From the NCBI GenBank assembly GCA_963706575.1, contig CAVPNL010000001.1, positions 288,001 through 352,000 on the forward strand: a stretch of DNA of 64,000 bases, written 5' to 3'. Both the position numbers and the translations under genes were made by a program. Position 1 is the first letter of the stretch; each line of letters begins with the position of its first letter. The notes under the pieces are model-generated. The model saw nothing but the letters and a program-made list of their open reading frames with translations, was not told where the DNA came from and made no database searches. The stretch comes from an uncultured delta proteobacterium. GTDB lineage: Bacteria; Desulfobacterota; Desulfobacteria; Desulfobacterales; JAHEIW01. Below are positions 57,352-64,000 of the stretch, one piece after another.

Positions 57352-58665
57352 TCATAACATAATGGATGGCAGCCAGGTCGCCAAGCCTGGAAAAATAACC
57401 AGCAGCACGATTGCGATCAGATCCAGAATAATAAAAGGCATTGCAGCGCCGTATATTTGCTGGATGGGTGTCTTTGGCGGCGCTACGCCTTTCATGACAT
57501 AGAGCAGCAAACCAAACGGCGGTGTTGTAAAACTGACCTCCATCACTAACAACATCAGAACACCGAGCCAGGGCAGGTCTATACCCTGGGTCTTGGCCAG
57601 GGGTATAAAAAATGGAACAGTGATCATCAGCATGCTCACCTGGTCCATAAATGCTCCCAGAAACAGAAGAACCAGCAGCATGACAAGCAGGACGGTAAGC
57701 GGCGACAGGTCAAATTGGTTCACCGTACTTAAAAGTCCGTTGGTGGCTCCGGAAAATGCCAGAATCTGAGAAAATGTAATCGAAGCACAAATGATAAAGA
57801 GTATCATTACCGAAACTTTGGCTGTTTCCCGAAAAGCGACCACCAAATCCCTGATACGCAATTCACGGTAAAGCGCCACCACCGCAATTGAAGCAACACA
57901 TCCCAGCGCCGCGGACTCGGTGGGGGTGGCGATGCCATATATGATGCTGCCGACAACCACGATGAAAATAATAAACAGCGGCATAACATAAATCAGAAAA
58001 GGGCGGATTCGATCCCAGAGCGAAAGATGCGTCACGTCGTACGCTGGGGCTAAGGACGGATTGACAAAGCAGCGTGTCATAACATAACCTAAATAAAGGG
58101 TACTCATGATAAGGCCGGGGATGATGGCCGCAATCAGAAGGGTGGCGATGGAGATATTTGCCAGGCTGCCCAGGAGCACTGCCAGCGCTGAAGGCGGAAT
58201 TAGCATGGCAATACCGCCGGTTGCCATTATCGGTCCCATGGCCATGGATGGATGGTATCCGCGTTTGAGCATGTCGGGCAGCAATACGCTTCCAAGGATA
58301 GCCGTATTGGCAATTGTCGATCCGGAAAGAGACGAAAATACCGTACCGCCGACCAGCGACACCAGACACAAACGCCCGGGCACCTTGCTGATCAGTTTGT
58401 CGATGGCATCGATGGCCTTGAAGGCGACGCCGGTATGAAACAATATTTCCCCCATCAACAAGAACAGGCAGATGGGAACGAGGGTAAAGCTGGTAATTGA
58501 AGCCATGGCGTTGCGGGCCAGTTGATTTAATCCGGCTTCACCCCCCAGAAACACAATGGCCCCGATCACATTGACGCCGAAAAACGCAAATGCAACCGGC
58601 ATTCCAGAAGCCATGAACAAACACAAAAGGCCCAGCAACAGAATCAGCGCTAATGTCCATTCCAT
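57352..58665 (-). CDS. dctM: TRAP transporter large permease
   Basis: SGSTIA, LIPPS, ATPTES, TPPFG. Confidence 0.92.
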   Translation of the reverse strand: MEWTLALILLLGLLCLFMASGMPVAFAFFGVNVIGAIVFLGGEAGLNQLARNAMASITSFTLVPICLFLLMGEILFHTGVAFKAIDAIDKLISKVPGRLCLVSLVGGTVFSSLSGSTIANTAILGSVLLPDMLKRGYHPSMAMGPIMATGGIAMLIPPSALAVLLGSLANISIATLLIAAIIPGLIMSTLYLGYVMTRCFVNPSLAPAYDVTHLSLWDRIRPFLIYVMPLFIIFIVVVGSIIYGIATPTESAALGCVASIAVVALYRELRIRDLVVAFRETAKVSVMILFIICASITFSQILAFSGATNGLLSTVNQFDLSPLTVLLVMLLVLLFLGAFMDQVSMLMITVPFFIPLAKTQGIDLPWLGVLMLLVMEVSFTTPPFGLLLYVMKGVAPPKTPIQQIYGAAMPFIILDLIAIVLLVIFPGLATWLPSIML

Positions 58666-58668
58666 GGC

Positions 58669-59193
58669 TTAATGATTTCCTTTGATGGGGGCATTGCCCG
58701 CAGCCTTCGCCGGATCCCAGCCGAAGCGGCGCAAGATACGGCATAAAAATTCCATCGTCAGCAACAGACCCGTTACGGGAATTATGGCAAATAGCCACCA
58801 TTCCGGTACAATTAGCTGTTTAATGATCAGTGAATGCAACCGGATGGCCTCTATTGCTGTTCTGGCACCGTAGTAAAGCAAAAACAGACAGATGAATAGC
58901 GCTATGCAATCGGCAATTACCGTGGTAATCCGTCCGGCCCGTGATGGAAGCAGGCGGACCACCAGATCGACACGCGTATGGCCATCTTGGTGCATGACCC
59001 AGGGGGCTGCTAAAAAAGTGGCGAGAAATAAAATGTATTCAGAAATCTCTACCACCCAGGGGAGGTTGGCGAGTTTAAGGTTGCGTAAAATGACATCTGA
59101 TGATACCGCCGCCGCCATCAGAAATATGGCCAGGCAACCGATGATTAATCCAGCGGTCAGCGCTTTTTCATACCATGCGTAAATCTTCTGCAT
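58669..59193 (-). CDS. dctQ: TRAP transporter small permease
   Basis: Four hydrophobic segments; DVILR, EISEY, GHTRVD. Confidence 0.9.
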   Translation of the reverse strand: MQKIYAWYEKALTAGLIIGCLAIFLMAAAVSSDVILRNLKLANLPWVVEISEYILFLATFLAAPWVMHQDGHTRVDLVVRLLPSRAGRITTVIADCIALFICLFLLYYGARTAIEAIRLHSLIIKQLIVPEWWLFAIIPVTGLLLTMEFLCRILRRFGWDPAKAAGNAPIKGNH

Positions 59194-59226
59194 TAAAGTT
59201 GCCTGTTGGTCTAGAAAAAATAAACG

Positions 59227-59252
59227 AGGAGAGGCAATAATTTGCCTCTCCT
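59227..59252 (-). terminator. Stem-loop between dctP and dctQ
   Basis: AGGAGAGGCAA-taat-TTGCCTCTCCT. Confidence 0.55.
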
Positions 59253-59276
59253 GATTTCTAATGATTTACAAGGTGG

Positions 59277-60251
59277 TTATTTCTGGAAATATTTCTTCAG
59301 TTGCGGGCCTTCTTTGGGGCTGACTTGCATGACCTTGTCCCAGCCGGCTTTATAGGCCGTCTCCAAAAAAGTTTTGTTAACATCCGGTGAGAAGGTGATG
59401 GTCTTAATTCCCGCAGCAGCCTGTTTTTGCGCTTCTTCTTTGTTGATTCTGGCGTTTTCAGCATTCAGACTTTCAAGCCATGTGCCCATTTTTTCGAGAA
59501 ATGCCTGCTGTTCGGGCGTCAGACTGTTCCATTTTTTCAGATTAATGAGGACATTGACATCCACTTCATAAAAACCGGGATCGACGCGGTATTTGGTGAC
59601 TTCCTGCCAGCCGAGATCCAGAATCCCTTGGATCGGCCAGCCATATCCATCGACCACACCCCGTTCCAGGGCGGTATAGACCTCACCTGGGGCTGTACGG
59701 GTTACCGTTGCGCCCAGTTTAACAAAAAAGGCGCGATAAACCGGGGTAACGCGGATTTTTAAGTCCGTTAGATCGGGTTTGTCGATCTTTTTTGTCAGGT
59801 AAAGATGAAACGGCGTGCCATCGCCCTGACGGGCCAGAAAATAGGAGTTTAATTTTTCGTTGTGAAGTTTATTGATATACTCCCAGCCGCCGGTTTTGCG
59901 CAGTTCCTGGATCGTGTGCTCGGTTAGCTTTAGCGCATCAGCTTCGGGCATCAGATTGGTATAAAATGCCCCGGTTACATTGGCTACATCTACGACACCG
60001 CCGCGCACGGCGTTGCCGACTTCAAAAGGGCTCATTACTTTACCGCCACCGCCGATATAATTAATCTGAACAAGTCCTTTGCCTTCCTTGTTGACTTTTT
60101 CCACGAAGCGTTCGAAGTTCTTAGAGTAGCGTGTGCCCTCTGCAAAAGCGCTGACGCCTTTTAGAGTCACTTCTTTGGCAGCTACTCCACCGACAGTCAG
60201 AAAACACATTATAAAAAATAAAAAACTGATTTTTAAAGATTTTCTACTCAT
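59277..60251 (-). CDS. dctP: TRAP transporter substrate-binding protein
   Basis: Signal peptide; LKIRV (conserved carboxylate-binding Arg), EVYTALERGVVDG, KWNSL. Confidence 0.92.
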   Translation of the reverse strand: MSRKSLKISFLFFIMCFLTVGGVAAKEVTLKGVSAFAEGTRYSKNFERFVEKVNKEGKGLVQINYIGGGGKVMSPFEVGNAVRGGVVDVANVTGAFYTNLMPEADALKLTEHTIQELRKTGGWEYINKLHNEKLNSYFLARQGDGTPFHLYLTKKIDKPDLTDLKIRVTPVYRAFFVKLGATVTRTAPGEVYTALERGVVDGYGWPIQGILDLGWQEVTKYRVDPGFYEVDVNVLINLKKWNSLTPEQQAFLEKMGTWLESLNAENARINKEEAQKQAAAGIKTITFSPDVNKTFLETAYKAGWDKVMQVSPKEGPQLKKYFQK

Positions 60252-60500
60252 TTGACATTCTCCTTTTCTATCCGCACACCAGCAATGTTAGCATAGCGTT
60301 CTGTGGGTTGATGGGTGTCGATCGTTTATATTGAAAACATTCGATTGCATTCAGACAAGTGGGGCATTGATGAATCGAAATTGGTTTCTTTGCGGCAAGA
60401 TGGCTGAATCCAGACGGTGATTTGACCGAATTGACGATTGACCGGGTTGGTCGCAATTGTGTTTGGGTTGAGTCACATTGTCCTGCATGAAATTTAAAAT

Positions 60501-60656
60501 ATACGATTAGTATACAGAATGTACCCCCCGAATAAACATATCTAAAAATAGGTGTCAAGGGAATTTTCTAGCGGTATTTTAGACGATTGAATTTTTACTT
60601 GACACCTGTTAGGTGATATGGTTTTTAAATGGGTACACTCTGTATACAAATAGTAT
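60501..60656. promoter_or_regulatory. Divergent promoter with two inverted 26-bp operator copies
   Basis: ATACGATTAGTATACAGAATGTACCC (60501-60526) is the reverse complement, with 3 mismatches, of GGGTACACTCTGTATACAAATAGTAT (60631-60656); each lies downstream of its own CTTGACACC. Confidence 0.7.
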
Positions 60657-60677
60657 GTTAGGGGCCAGGAAGCACAA

Positions 60678-61235
60678 ATGTATGAAATTCGGATTCATGG
60701 AAGAGGTGGGCAGGGGGCTGTTATGGCCGCCAAGATTTTAGCCAAGGCGCTTGTTGATGAGGGTAAAGTGGCCAAAGCAATTCCCTCTTTCGGCTTTGAG
60801 CGCCGCGGCGCTCCGGTGGAGGCTTATTTACGATTTGATGACCGGCCAATTCGGCAGATTACCAACATCTATCATCCGGATTGTATCATCTGTCTGGATC
60901 CGACATTGGGGCGTGCGGTTGATATCTTCCAGGGTATGAATCCAGATGGTGTCTGGGTTCAGGCCACCAAAAAAAGTATTGATCAATTGCCAGTTCCAGA
61001 TTCCGTGTCCAAAGTGGGCCTGTGCGATGCGGTCGGCATTGCGTTGGAACTCTTCCAGAGACCGATTACCAACACCATTATGCTGGGGGTTTTAGCCAAA
61101 ACCACCGGAATGGTGTCGTTGGATTCCTTGCACAAGGGCATGGAAACGGTTGCTTTTCGTGACGCCATGCTGGATCAGAACATCGAGGCCGTCCAGCGCG
61201 GGTACCATGAGACCCATGTGCATCGCACGCGTTAA
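60678..61235 (+). CDS. padE: Phenylglyoxylate dehydrogenase gamma subunit (2-oxoacid:acceptor oxidoreductase)
   Basis: EIRIHGRGGQG, SFGFERRGAPV, RPITNTIMLG; gene order gamma-delta-alpha-FAD subunit. Confidence 0.82.
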   Translation: MYEIRIHGRGGQGAVMAAKILAKALVDEGKVAKAIPSFGFERRGAPVEAYLRFDDRPIRQITNIYHPDCIICLDPTLGRAVDIFQGMNPDGVWVQATKKSIDQLPVPDSVSKVGLCDAVGIALELFQRPITNTIMLGVLAKTTGMVSLDSLHKGMETVAFRDAMLDQNIEAVQRGYHETHVHRTR

Positions 61236-61316
61236 ATAATCAAATTGAATTTGTTGCTTTGGGATTACCGGACCGGTTCAGGGATCGGGCCCCAATAATA
61301 TTTGAAAGGGTTACGA

Positions 61317-61610
61317 ATGAAACGCCAGGCGAAAAAGCCATTTGATGAATCAACCATACCCAATGACCTTTGTCCGATTGCCACCAAGCACATCGACCTT
61401 AAAACCGGCGATTGGCGGGCCGAGCGACCGCTGGTGGACCGAGACAAGTGCGTTAAATGCGGTACCTGCTGGTTGTATTGTCCGACGCAATGTGTTCAGG
61501 AGAAAAAACGCTGGTTCGAGGCCAATTTAGATATATGCAAGGGGTGCGGCGTCTGTGCCAAAGAATGCCCGCATCATGCCATTAACATGCGTGAGGAAAA
61601 AGAGGAGTAG
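61317..61610 (+). CDS. padF: Phenylglyoxylate dehydrogenase delta subunit (2x[4Fe-4S])
   Basis: PNDLCPIAT, GDWRAERP, CVKCGTCWLYCP, CKGCGVCAKECP. Confidence 0.82.
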   Translation: MKRQAKKPFDESTIPNDLCPIATKHIDLKTGDWRAERPLVDRDKCVKCGTCWLYCPTQCVQEKKRWFEANLDICKGCGVCAKECPHHAINMREEKEE

Positions 61611-61613
61611 ACA

Positions 61614-62817
61614 ATGCCCCAAACGATTGTATGTGATGGAAATGAAGCTGCTGCCTGGGGAGTTGCCCGGTCACGGCCGGACATGGTCGCCGTTTTTCCC
61701 ATCACGCCGCAATCATCGCTGGCTGAATATATTTCGCAGTTTGTTGCTGACGGTATTATTCAGGCTGACCTGATGGATGTGGAAGGTGAGCACAGCGTGC
61801 TTTCCGTTCTGCAGGGCGCCTGCCTGGCCGGGGCGCGCACATTTACTGCCACTTGCGGTCAGGGACTGGCGTTTATGTTTGAACCGTACTTTCGGACACC
61901 GCCGCTGAGGCTACCCATCGTCATGTCAATTGTTACGCGGGACGGGATTACGCCCCAAAGCGTGTGGGGCGGTCAGCAGGATGCCATGACCGTGCGTGAG
62001 GTTGGATGGATCCAGATGTTCTGCGAAAACAACCAGGAGATCCTGGATACCATTATTATGGCTTATAAGATCGCCGAAAACCGCGATGTCATGCTGCCGG
62101 TCAATGTCTGCCACGATGGAAACTATTTATCCTATGGTGTTGAAAAGGTTGAAATTCCCGATCAGGCGGATGTGGATAAATTTTTAGGTGAAAAAAACAC
62201 CAACTGGCATGTTGCACTGGATCCGGAAAGGCCCATGGCGGTTGACCCCCTCACCGGAGGCGCCACCGGTGCCGGGCCGGCAATGTTTGTCCGGTATCGC
62301 AAGGGAACCTGCAAGGGCATGCAAAATGCCTTGAGGGTCATCAGCGACGTTCATGCGGAATGGGAAAAACGGTTCGGGCGCAGCTACGCACCGCTGGTGG
62401 AAGAATATCAGTTGGATGGTGCTGAATTTGCGATTGTGACCATCGGCGGCATGACGGGTGCCGCCAGAGAAGCCGTGGATCTTGCCAGGGATGAGGGTGA
62501 AAAAGTCGGTCTCATCCGGGTCAAGACGTTTCGGCCTTATCCGCAGCAGGCGATGTTGGCTGCGATTTCCAAGGTAAAGGCCATCGGCGTTGTGGATCGA
62601 AGCTGTATCTTTCGGATGGAACTCGGGTCCGGTTTTTCAGGAATTGCTGGGCAGCCTTTATCGCTTGCCGCAACGGATTCCTGCCATCAGTTTTATCGGC
62701 GGATTGGCCGGAGCAGACATTACCATCGACCATTTTCGAGAGGTGATTGCAACCACTTCACAGGCGCTCAAGGGTAAAGTGCCGGATGAACCGGTCTGGA
62801 TCAATGAAAACGAATAA
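61614..62817 (+). CDS. padG: Phenylglyoxylate dehydrogenase alpha subunit; +1 frameshift near 62601
   Basis: FPITPQS, EGEHS, VTRDGITPQSVWGG, WHVALDPERPMAVDPLTGG; the C-terminus continues in ORF 62590-62817. Confidence 0.85.
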
Positions 62818-62836
62818 ACTTAAAGAAAAAGAAAAC

Positions 62837-64000
62837 ATGTCTCAGGCTAAATATCTCATCGTCGGCGGCAGCCATGCCGGGCTTTCTGCTCTGGAAGCTA
62901 TCCGGCTTGCAGGATGAAGACGGGCAAATTACGATGGTGTCTCGCGAGCAAACGCTGCCGTATTCACCCACGATTTTGCCCTATGTCATCTCCGGCAAAA
63001 AACAGGCCGACGCCATTTTACTGCGGGATCAATCCTATTTCACTGATCTTGACGTCCGATTTATGCCGGATAGCGCCGTTGTTGCGGTGGATCCAACCAA
63101 AGAAACAGTGACCCTCGAATCCGGTGAAACCATTCAGTATGAGAAACTATTGCTGGCCACCGGCGCAGATGCTGCAGTGCCGCCATTTTCCGGAATAGAC
63201 ACTGTGCCATATCAGGTGGTTCGAACCCTGGACGATGCCTTGAAGCTGCGAAAATCTATTCAGGCTGCAAAATCCGCCATTGTCATCGGAGCCGGGCTGA
63301 TCGCCATGCATACCGCCGAGAATCTGGCTCGGGCCGGTATCGCGGTAACCATGGTGGTTCGTCGACAGGTGTCGTTGTTTGCGTATTTTGACGGAGACGC
63401 GGCACGCATGATTGAAACCATATTCTGCGAAAACGGCGTCAGCATTGCTACTGGAAGCGGGGTTGCCAGCGTGGCTTCAGCAGGGGCGGGCTGTAAAGTG
63501 ACACTGGAATCCGGCAAGGTATTGTCAGCGGACCTGCTATTGCTTGCCGCCGGTGTGCGGCCGCGCGTAGGCTTTTTGAGACGGTTCGGGCATCGACAGT
63601 CGACCTGGGTATCCTCGTTAATGAGACCATGCGCACGAACGTCGAGAATATCTGGGCAGCCGGGGATGTTGTCCAGGCGCCCGGTTTTTTTGATGATGGC
63701 AAGACCATCAATGCCACCCTGCCGAATGCCTCGGTGCAGGGCCGCATTGCCGGTATGGACATGGTGGACGATCCGGCCTTGAAACCGTATCTGGGCAGCA
63801 GTGGTTTAAACACATTTAATTTTTTCGATAACCATGGATTTTCGTCGGACTGGCAACAGTGACTGATTCGACCGATGAGATTGAAGTCAATACGATCTAT
63901 CTGCCCAGTAGCCGGCAATACCAGAAACTGGTGTTTAAGAATGACCGGCTTATCGGCGTTTCGGCCATTAACGCCGAGCTCGACCCCGGTGTTTTGAGGG
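62837..64000 (+). CDS. padH: FAD/NADH oxidoreductase subunit of phenylglyoxylate dehydrogenase; several frameshifts; runs off the window
   Basis: MSQAKYLIVGGSHAG at 62837, LLLATG, IGAGLI, IWAAGDV, YQKLVFKNDRLIG spread across frames. Confidence 0.75.

Noticed and set aside
60268..60558. 96-aa ORF in the dctP-padE spacer
   Set aside because: Overlaps promoter and operator elements; no RBS or motifs
60678..62817. Ordinary pyruvate:ferredoxin oxidoreductase
   Set aside because: The alpha subunit motifs and the FAD subunit gene that follows match the padEFGH arrangement better
10962..63862. Programmed frameshifting or selenocysteine/pyrrolysine read-through explaining the split genes
   Set aside because: The breaks are frame changes, not in-frame TGA or TAG codons; they share no slippery motif and affect unrelated genes

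Overview
Bacterial DNA, most likely from an anaerobic aromatic-degrading Desulfobacterota (Desulfobacterales-like) organism, judged from gene content and intergenic repeat style (inference). There are four blocks. (1) About 1.25-30.9 kb is an accessory catabolic locus arranged around two divergent GntR genes. Its left arm has an aryl/acyl-CoA ligase, DUF2848, an HmfA-like (2-furoyl-CoA dehydrogenase-like) molybdenum hydroxylase LGMS, a LIV-type ABC importer, an ADP-forming acyl-CoA synthetase, a small Cys4 protein, an amidohydrolase and a truncated PaaK-like ligase. Its right arm has a nitrilase-family amidase, a cupin, a second LIV importer, two Tat-less reductive-dehalogenase-like proteins (one with N-terminal membrane helices), EthD, an old yellow enzyme and an atypical UbiD. 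This is the best candidate for an undescribed system, possibly anaerobic catabolism of a halogenated heteroaromatic carboxylate or carboxamide. (2) About 30.9-51.8 kb holds the iorAB-paaK-panE-activase-dehydratase-ligase operon, the lower benzoyl-CoA pathway (dch, had, oah, thiolase/DUF35, SDR, HAD/ECH fusion), an AcuA-like acetyltransferase, ilvE and meaB. (3) pqiAABC. (4) GntR, an alpha/beta hydrolase, a TRAP transporter and padEFGH (phenylglyoxylate dehydrogenase), running off the right end. Many intergenic spacers carry short-period tandem-repeat palindromes, and there are two MITE-like elements. About nine single-base frameshifts in otherwise intact genes look like long-read indel errors. 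I recognised no rRNA, tRNA, CRISPR array or transposase gene. All family assignments come from motif recognition by eye, with no database searches.
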